From Rhodothermales bacterium (GTDB taxonomy: Bacteria > Bacteroidota > Rhodothermia > Rhodothermales > JABDKH01): a stretch of DNA of 64,000 nucleotides. Every line of letters begins with the position of its first letter. Within the stretch, counting starts at the first letter, position 1. Both the position numbers and the translations under genes were made by a program. The DNA is taken from positions 5,142 through 69,141 of the forward strand of contig JABDKO010000227.1 of assembly GCA_013002165.1 (NCBI GenBank), given 5' to 3'. Shown piece after piece: positions 33,537 through 42,863 of this stretch. Under the pieces are notes generated by a model. The model was not told the DNA's origin. It searched no databases and was given only the letters and a program-made list of their open reading frames with translations.

Positions 33537-34757
33537 ATGAGATTATTCCGATATGTCATTCTTGCCTGTTTCATTGCCGTGCTAGCCTCCTGTCAGGGGC
33601 CGGGAGAGCGAATTATCTTCAGTGACGTTGTGCGGGTGGTGACCTACAACATTGAAGACATTCGCACCGACGATCTAACAGGTAATATTAGACCGAGGCT
33701 CGTCGAGGCGGCCACAACAATCCAGACGTTGTCTCCGGATATTCTTTTGATCAACGAGATGACCTACGATATGCTTGATCCTGAGGGAGTGCGCCCGGGT
33801 CAGAACGCTGCTCGCTTCGCCGAAAAGTATCTATCCAGAGAATGGATACCCGGCGTTCCCGGCATTCAATATTCCACCTGGATGCCGTCGACGAACACAG
33901 GTATCACGAGCGGTTACGACCTTGACAACGATGGCACAGTTGTTACCAGGTATCCACAGATTGCGCAATCCGATGAGGCAGGGAATCCGCCTCGACAAAC
34001 AGCAGCTGAGCGGGCGTTTGGAAACGATTCATGGGGCTTTGGTACCTTCCCGGGTCAATACGGAATGGCGTTGTTCGTCAGGGAAGGGCTTCGAATTGAC
34101 TCGAGTCGGATTCTGACATTTCAGTCCTATCGATGGTCCGATTTGCCAGACGCATTTCAACCGGTGGACGACTTCGGAAACCCGTGGTATTCGGAAGATG
34201 AATGGAAGGCAATGCGCCTTAGCTCAAAAAACCACATTATCGTGCCCGTTGAATTTCCCGATGGAAGGCAGCTGAAGGTCGTTGCAGCGCACCCTACTCC
34301 ACCCGCGTTTGACGGTTCGGAAATGCGGAACAAGAAGAGAAACCACGACGAAATTCGACTTCTTAAGGAAATTCTTCAGCCGGATAGCAGAATCATCAGC
34401 GATCAGGGAGTGACCGGTGCGATCAAGCGGGGCGACCTATACGTTGTCATGGGTGATTTGAACTCTGATCCCGATGAAGGAAGCTCGTTTGGAAACCCGA
34501 TTCTCAATCAACTTCTGGAATCTGGACTCGTCGATTCAGCACTAACACCAGTAGCGCACGACAGCACACTTTCATACTATCCGAACCTTGATCCTGATGA
34601 TACAGCGCAGTGGGGACTCCGTGTCGATTACGTGCTGCCGTCGCCAAATCTGGAAGTTGCCGCGTCTGGTATTATGCGAACCCGCGCCACGGACGGGATT
34701 GAGGTGAGTGATCACTTTCCTGTCTGGGTCGACTTGCGTATCCCCAAAACTCAATGA
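33537..34757 (+). CDS. Endonuclease/exonuclease/phosphatase (EEP) family lipoprotein
   Basis: It has the lipobox FIAVLASC. EEP-like motifs are VVTYNIED, LLINEM, MGDLNSDP and SDHFPVWVDL. Confidence 0.8.
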   Translation: MRLFRYVILACFIAVLASCQGPGERIIFSDVVRVVTYNIEDIRTDDLTGNIRPRLVEAATTIQTLSPDILLINEMTYDMLDPEGVRPGQNAARFAEKYLSREWIPGVPGIQYSTWMPSTNTGITSGYDLDNDGTVVTRYPQIAQSDEAGNPPRQTAAERAFGNDSWGFGTFPGQYGMALFVREGLRIDSSRILTFQSYRWSDLPDAFQPVDDFGNPWYSEDEWKAMRLSSKNHIIVPVEFPDGRQLKVVAAHPTPPAFDGSEMRNKKRNHDEIRLLKEILQPDSRIISDQGVTGAIKRGDLYVVMGDLNSDPDEGSSFGNPILNQLLESGLVDSALTPVAHDSTLSYYPNLDPDDTAQWGLRVDYVLPSPNLEVAASGIMRTRATDGIEVSDHFPVWVDLRIPKTQ

Positions 34758-35194
34758 TGAAAGTTGTTCAACATACCGTGCAGTTGTCCGCAGTACCTCG
34801 CGGCATCCATTTGATAAGCTCGGAAGTGATACGCAGCATTCCCGAACTTGAACATTGTTCTGCAGGATTGCTGTCGGTGTTTATCTGTCACACGTCTGCT
34901 TCGCTATCGATCAATGAGAATGCAAGCCCGGAGGTGCGTACTGATCTCGATTACTTTCTCGACCGGCTTGTTCCTGATGGATTCGACGGATTCAAACATA
35001 CCCTTGAAGGCTCCGATGACATGCCGGCTCACGTAAAAGCAGCGCTGCTTGGTACTAACCTCACGATTCCGGTCTCGGACGGTCGCCTGAGCCTCGGGAC
35101 ATGGCAGGGAATCTATCTTTGTGAGCATCGGAATAGCGGGGGGAGGCGAACGTTGAAGCTCACTTTGACCGGCGACTTTTCGCGAAGCATCTAG
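34754..35194 (+). CDS. yjbQ: YjbQ/UPF0047 family protein (secondary thiamine-phosphate synthase-like)
   Basis: Supporting motifs are HTSASLSINENASPEVRTDL, PAHVKAALLG and LGTWQGIYLCEHR. Confidence 0.85.
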   Translation: MMKVVQHTVQLSAVPRGIHLISSEVIRSIPELEHCSAGLLSVFICHTSASLSINENASPEVRTDLDYFLDRLVPDGFDGFKHTLEGSDDMPAHVKAALLGTNLTIPVSDGRLSLGTWQGIYLCEHRNSGGRRTLKLTLTGDFSRSI

Positions 35195-36621
35195 TCCTCA
35201 ATACCGTACTTCCGCATCAAACGGTAGACTGTCGACCGGGTAACTCCAAGTTTCTCTGCCGTCTTGTTGATGTTGCCGTTGCATGCCTTGTAGGCCTGCT
35301 CAATGGCGAGTTTCTTGACATCTTCCAGAGAAATAATACTGTCCGGATCAATCGCTGCTGATAAGTTGTGGACCAACTGATTGTCAGTATCACTCGTACC
35401 AGCTGCTTCGGGCGCAGGTCCTGTCGATGTTGTGCGCTTCTTGTTGTGACGCGCGGGTAGCATCAAGTCTTCAACAATGATCTCCGGTGTGTCTGAGATG
35501 AGCAGCGCCCGCTCGATGGTGCTCTTCAGTTCCCGGACGTTTCCCGGCCAGGAGTACGACTCAAGCGCAATGGAGGCAGAGCGAGACAATTTCTTATTCT
35601 CGATGTCCGGATGTGCCTCCAGAAATCGTTTGCGGAAATGCTCCGCAAGTGATTCGACGTCGTTACCACGCTTTCTGAGTGGCGGCAACTCTACAGGAAA
35701 TTGGAAAAGCCTGTAGTACAAATCCTCCCGGAACAGCCCCTCGTCCAGCATCTTGTCAATGTCCCTGTTCGTTGCACAAATTACGCGGACGTCTATCCGG
35801 ATAGTGTCAGCACCGCCAACGCGTTGCAGCTCCTGATTTTGAAGTACCCGGAGCAGTTTTGCCTGGAGGCTGAGGTCGAGTTCGCCGATCTCATCCAGAA
35901 AAATCGTCCCGGTATCAGCTTGCTCAAACTTGCCAATCTTCCTTGCATGTGCACCGGTAAACGAGCCCTTCTCGTGACCAAAGAATTCAGATTCAATCAG
36001 TTCAGAAGGAATTGCTGCGCAGTTGACCAGAACGTAGGGTTGGTGACGTCGGGACGAATTGTAGTGAATCGCTTGTGCGACTAATTCCTTTCCTGTTCCG
36101 CTTTCTCCCATAATTGCAACTGTAAGGTCGCCCCGGAGAGTTTTCTTGATCAGCGTAAATACGCGGGCCATTTCGGCACTATGTCCGACCATCCCCTGAA
36201 ATGTGCGGGGTGAGGGAAGCTGATCCTGTAACGACTGAACATGCCGTTTGAGTCGGATTGTCTCGCCTACGTTGCCAGCAATCGTTCTCAGTTTGACGAT
36301 GTCATCATGCCCTTTTGTCACATAGTCAAAAGCGCCTAGCTTGATTGCTTCCAGAGCGACGTTGACAACAGATTGAGCTGAGATCATCACGACGGGAATC
36401 TCCGGGCGGGACTCTTTGATTTTGCGCAGGGTTTCGAGACCTCCCTGACCGGGCATCACAACGTCCAGAAATATCAGATCGGGCTGTTCTTCGAGAGCCG
36501 CGATCGCTTTTTCGCCCGTTTCATAATGGTCGATTCTGTGCTTGCCGCTTTTCCGAAGTTGATAGCGGACAAGCTCAGCGTAGTCTGGGTCGTCGTCGAC
36601 GATAAAAAAGTGGAGCTGCAT
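35191..36621 (-). CDS. Sigma-54-dependent response regulator (REC + AAA+ + Fis HTH, NtrC family)
   Basis: The REC domain has [10 protein letters not shown]. The AAA+ domain has GESGTGKE and a GSFTGA loop (GAFTGA variant). The C-terminal HTH reads [24 protein letters not shown]. Confidence 0.9.
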   Translation of the reverse strand: MQLHFFIVDDDPDYAELVRYQLRKSGKHRIDHYETGEKAIAALEEQPDLIFLDVVMPGQGGLETLRKIKESRPEIPVVMISAQSVVNVALEAIKLGAFDYVTKGHDDIVKLRTIAGNVGETIRLKRHVQSLQDQLPSPRTFQGMVGHSAEMARVFTLIKKTLRGDLTVAIMGESGTGKELVAQAIHYNSSRRHQPYVLVNCAAIPSELIESEFFGHEKGSFTGAHARKIGKFEQADTGTIFLDEIGELDLSLQAKLLRVLQNQELQRVGGADTIRIDVRVICATNRDIDKMLDEGLFREDLYYRLFQFPVELPPLRKRGNDVESLAEHFRKRFLEAHPDIENKKLSRSASIALESYSWPGNVRELKSTIERALLISDTPEIIVEDLMLPARHNKKRTTSTGPAPEAAGTSDTDNQLVHNLSAAIDPDSIISLEDVKKLAIEQAYKACNGNINKTAEKLGVTRSTVYRLMRKYGIED

Positions 36622-36639
36622 TGAAATTCAGTTAGTGCA

Positions 36640-37791
36640 TCAGGCCATGGCAACGGAGGGTTTGGGTAGTTCGAACCAGAACAAAGAACCGCCTTCCTTT
36701 TGCGGCTCGTATCCTATGTTACCACCCCATCCTTCGACTGTAATCCGGCAAAAGTAGAGGCCGAGGCCTTGCTTGCCGGAATGTTGGTTTCCACGGCCAA
36801 ACTTCTGAAAAAGTCTCGGCATCACGTCTGCCTCGACACCGGGACCCTGGTCCGCGATTCCCGTCCATACGGAGCCGCCTCGATCTTCCACTTTGAGTCG
36901 AATTTCAGACTGCTCTGGAGAATGCCGAATTGCGTTCTCAACGAGATTGAAAATTACTCGCTCCAGGCGCGGCGAATCTGCTACCACACGCGTTTCTGTC
37001 GAGTCGACGTCATCGGTTTCCACAAGCATCGAGACTCGCTCGATATCAGCGACCGGCTTCATCACATTCGCGACTTCCGAGACACATGTAAGAAGACTTG
37101 GCGCCTCGGACGCTGGAACAACATGTGGCAAAAGGGGCTCGACATCACGAGCGAAGGTCGATAGAATTTCTCTGATCAGCTCCTGCATTTTTCCGACCTG
37201 GTTCAATCCAATTTGCAGGAGTTCGGTGCCGTCCGGGGCAACGTGATTATCCTCATCAAGAAGCGTCAGACTACCTTTTATCGAAGCAAGCGGAGTTGAC
37301 AGGTCGTGGACGATGCAATGAAGCAACACTTCTCTCTTGTTAACTTCCTTCAGCAATCGGCTGTACTCGAGACCCTGGTTGCGCCCTTCCTGAAGAAGGC
37401 CCCGGACCGTCGAGTGATCGGTAGTCGGGAATTTGATAAGAAGTAACTGCGTCTTGTTAACTGTCAGTGCGACAGCCTCGAGGACCCAATCCGTGCCATC
37501 AGCATCAACTTCAGTCCATGGTCCCGAAGAAAGCCATTTTGATTCCGCGTGATTCCAATGTTCGAGAGCATCGTCAATGAAATGCTCCAGATATAAAAAG
37601 TCTTTTGCGGGGTACAGGCGTCCAGTGTGCTTCACGGCTGGCCAGATTCTTGGAAGCCATTCCGGAGTTTCACCAACCAATTCAAACGCCATGTCTCCAC
37701 GATGCTTGAGTACCGCGACATCGAGGCTTGACAGAACGCTCGCAGGGACAGACTGTGACAATAGTAACTCTGAGGGTTCTATTCTATTCAT
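36640..37791 (-). CDS. Soluble sensor histidine kinase (HisKA + HATPase_c) with an N-terminal domain of unknown function
   Basis: It has the H-box HCIVHDLSTPLASIKGSL, N-box LVENAIRHSP, DQGPGV and GKQGLGLYF, with no hydrophobic span. ATG 37791 overlaps the GTPase stop by 8 nt. The track GTG 37854 would overlap it by 71 nt. Confidence 0.85.
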   Translation of the reverse strand: MNRIEPSELLLSQSVPASVLSSLDVAVLKHRGDMAFELVGETPEWLPRIWPAVKHTGRLYPAKDFLYLEHFIDDALEHWNHAESKWLSSGPWTEVDADGTDWVLEAVALTVNKTQLLLIKFPTTDHSTVRGLLQEGRNQGLEYSRLLKEVNKREVLLHCIVHDLSTPLASIKGSLTLLDEDNHVAPDGTELLQIGLNQVGKMQELIREILSTFARDVEPLLPHVVPASEAPSLLTCVSEVANVMKPVADIERVSMLVETDDVDSTETRVVADSPRLERVIFNLVENAIRHSPEQSEIRLKVEDRGGSVWTGIADQGPGVEADVMPRLFQKFGRGNQHSGKQGLGLYFCRITVEGWGGNIGYEPQKEGGSLFWFELPKPSVAMA

Positions 37792-38284
37792 TGGGCACGA
37801 GCATTGAGGCAAGGGTTTCGAATGCCTCCTCAACTCCCGTTCCGGTTTTTGCACTTGTCAGGAAAATTTTCCAACCTTCTGACTTTAAGTTGGCCAGATC
37901 GTCGTCCGAAATCTCCCAGTCCTCCTGAAGATCCGCTTTATTTAGCAGTAGGCAAACCGCTAATTTACCTACATCTCCGGAAACCCGCCGGTAGATTAAT
38001 TTTGCCGATTCGAGCGTATCGGCTCGCGAGCCGTCTGCAACCATAAAAATGCCCGACGCACCCCGCAGGTAACTGGTGGACAACTTCTGGAAGCGATCTT
38101 CACCGTTCAGATCCCAAATAAGCATTTCGACTCTGTTAGAGTCAATTTGGATTGTTTTCTTGGAGATCCTGACGCCAACGGTAGTCAGATATTTTTCCGA
38201 AAAGGCATTGTTCACAAAGCGATTGACAAGACTGGTTTTGCCTACTGCGGATGTACCGAGCAGGCAAATCTTCTTTCGGACCAT
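37784..38284 (-). CDS. Ras-superfamily small GTPase (166 aa, G domain only)
   Basis: G1 is GTSAVGKTS, G2 is YLTTVGV, G3 is WDLNGED, G4 is NKAD and G5 is TSAK. ATG 38284 places the P-loop at residues 10-17 as in Ras. The track GTG 38389 extension is rejected. Confidence 0.85.
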   Translation of the reverse strand: MVRKKICLLGTSAVGKTSLVNRFVNNAFSEKYLTTVGVRISKKTIQIDSNRVEMLIWDLNGEDRFQKLSTSYLRGASGIFMVADGSRADTLESAKLIYRRVSGDVGKLAVCLLLNKADLQEDWEISDDDLANLKSEGWKIFLTSAKTGTGVEEAFETLASMLVPNE

Positions 38285-38422
38285 GGAGCGAAATAACGTA
38301 AGAGCCGGGGTAAACGGGATGAGATGGTTAATAAATGCCGATTTGGCTGCGTTTGTGTAGCAAATAACACAATTTGAATGGTTAATCACATATAGTGGAA
38401 TATATCAATATTATACACCCTG

Positions 38423-38438
38423 TGTAATATTGGACCGA
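38423..38438 (+). repeat. Intergenic 16-mer TGTAATATTGGACCGA (copy 2)
   Basis: It is identical to 28604..28619. It lies in the divergent promoter region between the GTPase operon and the coiled-coil gene. Confidence 0.5.
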
Positions 38439-38539
38439 GTTTCATCATCTCGACTCCGTTTCGCAATCAAAGTTGTATTTTGACTTTTTGCAGTGGGATG
38501 CATGTCCCTTCGGGGCAGATCATTAAAACAGTTTTTCCA

Positions 38540-39112
38540 ATGGAAACAAAGAAATATCCGGGCAGCGTGGATGCTGGCTCAAGCCCTGACAATAATGGCA
38601 CTTCAATCCACGACCTGACCGCTCCGGAGGCCCTGCAGCGCATTCGCGCCATCCTTTTCGGCGAAGAGAGTCAGAAAAATGACGCCCGATTTCAACAGAT
38701 TGCACAGCTGATTGACAAGCGACTCGGTGATCTCAAAAGCGACATGGACTCCCGATTGGCGGATGTTGCGACAAGCATCGGGGAAGCTCAGGCCCGCAAT
38801 GCCGAGAGGATCAGCGAAGAGGCAAAGCAGCGGTCGGAGATACTGAACAGACTCGAGCATCTGATTGCTGACGTTGACGCCCGTACAAGTAGTCGTATCG
38901 ATGCTGCTGAAACACGCGTGAACGAAGTCGCTGAAATCAGTCGTCGTGATCTTGCTGAAACCCGCGACCACATGACTGCCGGCGTATCATATCAAATCGA
39001 GCAGCTAAAAGGTTTTGTGGATGATGCCGTTGCCGGCCTCGCCCATGGAAAGGCTGACAAGCAGGCTCTTGCGGATTGGTTCGAGCAGCTATCGTCGCGT
39101 CTTCGAGACTAG
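38540..39112 (+). CDS. Coiled-coil protein of unknown function
   Basis: 190 aa from METKKYPG and rich in heptad-like E/R/L/A stretches. The track start at 38480 is less likely. Confidence 0.6.
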   Translation: METKKYPGSVDAGSSPDNNGTSIHDLTAPEALQRIRAILFGEESQKNDARFQQIAQLIDKRLGDLKSDMDSRLADVATSIGEAQARNAERISEEAKQRSEILNRLEHLIADVDARTSSRIDAAETRVNEVAEISRRDLAETRDHMTAGVSYQIEQLKGFVDDAVAGLAHGKADKQALADWFEQLSSRLRD

Positions 39113-39131
39113 TTCGCCCAAAGATGCAGCT

Positions 39132-40886
39132 ATGAACGACGAGAGTCATATCGAAGAATCATCCACCAATGGCAACAGCGTATTTTCCGAATTCTCGGAG
39201 CTACGCGATCTGTTGCTCGAACCGGAACACAACAAGCTGGAGAGGGCCGACGAGCGCCTCAAGAGACTTGAGGACCGAAAAGTCGATGTCACGGTAGATC
39301 AAGTCAGTCATTTGCTGCCGGAAGCGATTGTACACCGCTCGAAGCAGGATCAAAAGCTTGCCAGCGCGCTCGCGCCGACGGTAGAAAAGACTATCCAGGT
39401 ATCCGTTCGTAGAGATCCTCGTCCAATTGTTGATGCAATCTTTCCGATCATCGGTCCAGCTATTCGAAAGTCCATAGCGGAGGCCCTGTCATCGACCCTT
39501 GAGTCAATAAATCAGTCGATGGAGCATCGTTTCTCATTGACGGCAATTAAGTGGCGCTTGGAGGCTAGGCGGTCGGGGCGGACATTCTCTGAGGTTGCGT
39601 TGAGCCATACGCTGCTGTACCGCATCGAAGAGATCTTTGTGATTGACCGGCAGACCGGCGTATCGCTGGTTCACGTAAGTACAGAGGCCGCAGAATTGCA
39701 CGACGGTTCAGTTGTTTCAAGTATGCTGACGGCCATCCAGGATTTCGTTAAAGACTCGTTTGGGTCAGAAGAAGACGAAGTCCTTGAAACTCTTGAAGTC
39801 GGTGATGTCAACGTCTGGTTTGAGCCGGGTCCACACGCAACAGTAGCTGCCGTCATCCGCGGGATACCGCCACGTTCTTTAAGGGATCACCTCAAGGAGC
39901 TTGTCGAAGTTTTTCATCTCAACTATGCTGATGAACTTGCCACGTTCGAAGGCGATGTGGATCCCTTTCAGGGATCAGTTGCGTTCCTTACATCCGGGCT
40001 GCTTGAACAAAAGCAGGAACGAGAAAAGAAGACAAGCCCATTACTGTGGCTGTTTCTGATCGCTGCTATTTGTGTACTCGGCTGGCTAATCTACCGCGGC
40101 ATAGACGCGCGAAGTGATAAGAACAACCTTCTTGATGCGCTTGACAGTCAGCCTGGCATTGTAGTAACAGACTCGTACACGAAAAGTGGCTACCTGTATG
40201 TCAACGGGTTGAAGGATCCTCTTTCCCGGAGTGTAGAGGAAATCGTTTCTCTGAGTGATGTTAATCCGGAACGAATTGTATTCGACTGGGAGCCGTACCA
40301 CACCCTGTCCCCGGATGTAGTTCGCCAGCGCGCTATTGCGTTGCTTGAGCCACCGGCAACGGTAGAGTTAATGGTTGACGACGGTGTGGTTTTCGCATCC
40401 GGATTTGCTTCCACGAGCTGGATCGAACTTGCATCGGAGCAAGCAAAGTATCTTGCTCCCACGGTACTTTACAATGATGTTGCAGTCGTACATCTCGAGG
40501 ACATTGCAATAGCAGATGCAAGAGATGCTATTGAGTCACTGTGGGTCGGGTTTGCGTTTGGATCATCTGACATTGCCGAAACGGAGCTCGCAAGAATTGA
40601 CAGGTTGACAGGACATATTGCTTCGCTTTCCGCAGCAGCAGAAATCCGCGACATCCCTTTCGCGATACTTGTTTTGGGAGGTGCCAGCGGCAACGCGGAC
40701 GCTGCGACCAACAGGCTGCTAATGGATGAAAGATCTGATAGTGTCAGCCGTGCTCTCGTGGCTCGAGGCATTGACCCAGCCTTGCTCGTGTCACAACAGA
40801 AGAGTGAGGAGTCGAACCTTGAGTATGAGGATGTCGGGCGTGCAAGAAGTGTTGAGCTTCGCGTTCAGCTTGGTGCCCGGCCCTAG
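39132..40886 (+). CDS. Single-pass membrane protein with a cytoplasmic Roadblock/LC7-like region and a periplasmic OmpA/MotB-like C-terminal domain
   Basis: ATG 39132 (MNDESHIEE) is preferred. The TM span is [18 protein letters not shown]. The mid region is [22 protein letters not shown]...[15 protein letters not shown]...[17 protein letters not shown]. The C-terminus reads FAFGSSDI...[34 protein letters not shown]. Confidence 0.7.
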   Translation: MNDESHIEESSTNGNSVFSEFSELRDLLLEPEHNKLERADERLKRLEDRKVDVTVDQVSHLLPEAIVHRSKQDQKLASALAPTVEKTIQVSVRRDPRPIVDAIFPIIGPAIRKSIAEALSSTLESINQSMEHRFSLTAIKWRLEARRSGRTFSEVALSHTLLYRIEEIFVIDRQTGVSLVHVSTEAAELHDGSVVSSMLTAIQDFVKDSFGSEEDEVLETLEVGDVNVWFEPGPHATVAAVIRGIPPRSLRDHLKELVEVFHLNYADELATFEGDVDPFQGSVAFLTSGLLEQKQEREKKTSPLLWLFLIAAICVLGWLIYRGIDARSDKNNLLDALDSQPGIVVTDSYTKSGYLYVNGLKDPLSRSVEEIVSLSDVNPERIVFDWEPYHTLSPDVVRQRAIALLEPPATVELMVDDGVVFASGFASTSWIELASEQAKYLAPTVLYNDVAVVHLEDIAIADARDAIESLWVGFAFGSSDIAETELARIDRLTGHIASLSAAAEIRDIPFAILVLGGASGNADAATNRLLMDERSDSVSRALVARGIDPALLVSQQKSEESNLEYEDVGRARSVELRVQLGARP

Positions 40887-42757
40887 GAGGCGTTTCGTTC
40901 GTAAATCACCATTCCGAGTGGCGGAAGGTCAAAGACACCGGCGAAGCGCTCATCGTCATTTTGCTCTTCGCATACTACAGTTTGCGGCACAGAAGTACCG
41001 GATCCCCCGTATGTGCTGTTGTCTGAGCTCAACAGAAGCGACCATTCTCCGGCAGGACAGTTTAGCTCATATCCAGGACGCGGCACCGGTGTGAAGTTGA
41101 AAACGAACAGCAGTTGCTCGTCACCGCTGCGTCGAACGTAGGAAGCAATGCTTTCGCCATGATCCTCGAAAAGGACCCACTCAAAAGATTCACCGGTATC
41201 CTTCTGGAGTGACGGGCGGGTTGTGTACAGGGAATTCAGTTCCGAGACGAGTGCCGCGATCCCGGCATGCAAGACGTCGTCGTAGAGATGCCAGTCAAGT
41301 TCTCCATCCGCGTTCCATTCGCGGATCTGTCCGAATTCGCCTCCCATAAAGAGTAATTTCTTGCCAGGGTGTCCAAACTGATGGGCGAGGAGAAGTCTCA
41401 GGTTTGCAGATTTCTGCCAGGCGTCGCCGGGCATCTTGTTCCACAGACTTCCTTTGCCGTGGACGACCTCGTCATGAGATAGCGGAAGAATGAAATGTTC
41501 GCTGAAAGCGTACCAGAGAGGGAAGGTGAGGTCGTTGTTATGATGTTTACGATTGACAGGATCCTGACTCATGTACCGCAGAGTATCGTGCATCCAACCC
41601 ATATTCCACTTGTGCAGGAAGCCCAGTCCTCCTTCGTAAGTTGGCCTCGTAACCTTGGGCCACGCGGTTGATTCCTCCGCAATCATGTGGACAGACTCGA
41701 AGCGGGAGTACACTATGTCGTTGACTTTTTTCAGGGTCTCAATCGCTTCAAGATTGTCCCTTCCACCATATTGATTCGGTCTCCATTCGTCCCGCGAATA
41801 ATCTCGATACAACATCGAAGCGACCGCATCCACGCGGAGACCGTCAATATGAAACTTGTCTAACCAGAACACTGCGTTTGAGACAAGAAAACTTTGAACA
41901 CCTCCTTTTCCGTAGTCAAAAACATATGTGCCCCAGTCGGGATGTGTTCGCATAAGCGGGTCGGTGTATTCGTACAATGTTGATCCATCGAAGAATACCA
42001 GACCCTGGGAATCCGTTGCAAAGTGGGCTGGAACCCAGTCCAGCAGTACTCCGATTCCTTCCCTGTGCAGATAGTTGATGAGATACTGAAGATCAGCGGG
42101 TGTTCCGTATCGGTATGTCGTCGCGAAATACCCGACAACCTGGTAACCCCACGAACCATAGTACGGGTGTTCCATGACCGGCAGCAGCTCAACATGAGTG
42201 AATCCCAGCTTCTTGACGTGCTTGGCGAGTGGCTCCGCGATTTCACGGAACGTCATAGAGTAGCCGTCATCCCTTTTTCGCCACGAACCGAGGTGGACTT
42301 CGTAGATCGACATTGGCTGATCGAGCTCCTCAGGCCCGGTCCGTGTCGCCATCCAATCGTCGTCGGTCCATTGGTAGTCCAATTCGGAGATGATCGCGGA
42401 CATACCGACCACCGGATTTCCTCCGTGGGCAGGTGCCTCCATTGCAAATGCAAAAGGGTCAGTTTTATCGACGAGATATTTACCGCGCCTGATGCGATAC
42501 TTGTAGTGTTGTCCCGGTTTCGCCGACCTGATATAGGCCTCCCAGAAACCTCCCTCACCACGGTTAGCATGTTTTAGCATGCCCGATTTCTCATTCCAGT
42601 CGTTGAAATCTCCTACCACAGATACGCTGGTAGCGTGAGGAGCCCAGACGCAAAACCAGGTACCCCGTTTATTGGGATGAGCCCCAAGGCGGTCGTATGC
42701 ACCATCATGCGATCCGGCATACCACTTTTCTACATCTGACTTTTTCAGGAATGGCAT
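40883..42757 (-). CDS. glgB: 1,4-alpha-glucan branching enzyme
   Basis: GH13 motifs are [18 protein letters not shown] and AEESTAWP, with an N-terminal CBM48-like region. It is 624 aa. Confidence 0.95.
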   Translation of the reverse strand: MPFLKKSDVEKWYAGSHDGAYDRLGAHPNKRGTWFCVWAPHATSVSVVGDFNDWNEKSGMLKHANRGEGGFWEAYIRSAKPGQHYKYRIRRGKYLVDKTDPFAFAMEAPAHGGNPVVGMSAIISELDYQWTDDDWMATRTGPEELDQPMSIYEVHLGSWRKRDDGYSMTFREIAEPLAKHVKKLGFTHVELLPVMEHPYYGSWGYQVVGYFATTYRYGTPADLQYLINYLHREGIGVLLDWVPAHFATDSQGLVFFDGSTLYEYTDPLMRTHPDWGTYVFDYGKGGVQSFLVSNAVFWLDKFHIDGLRVDAVASMLYRDYSRDEWRPNQYGGRDNLEAIETLKKVNDIVYSRFESVHMIAEESTAWPKVTRPTYEGGLGFLHKWNMGWMHDTLRYMSQDPVNRKHHNNDLTFPLWYAFSEHFILPLSHDEVVHGKGSLWNKMPGDAWQKSANLRLLLAHQFGHPGKKLLFMGGEFGQIREWNADGELDWHLYDDVLHAGIAALVSELNSLYTTRPSLQKDTGESFEWVLFEDHGESIASYVRRSGDEQLLFVFNFTPVPRPGYELNCPAGEWSLLLSSDNSTYGGSGTSVPQTVVCEEQNDDERFAGVFDLPPLGMVIYERNAS

Positions 42758-42863
42758 ATTGTTTTCAAGGACTGCATAATGATCAGATTTCTGGTATATA
42801 TATTGAGCGTTCGGCCGAAATGATGACTATCATCTTACGAATAAGATAATTGCCTTTCGCGGC

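Noticed and set aside
33212-33625. A 137-aa ORF lies in the queE-EEP spacer.
   Set aside because: It has Arg/Cys/Pro-rich composition, runs through the hairpin-rich region, overlaps the lipoprotein gene start, and has no ribosome-binding context or motif.
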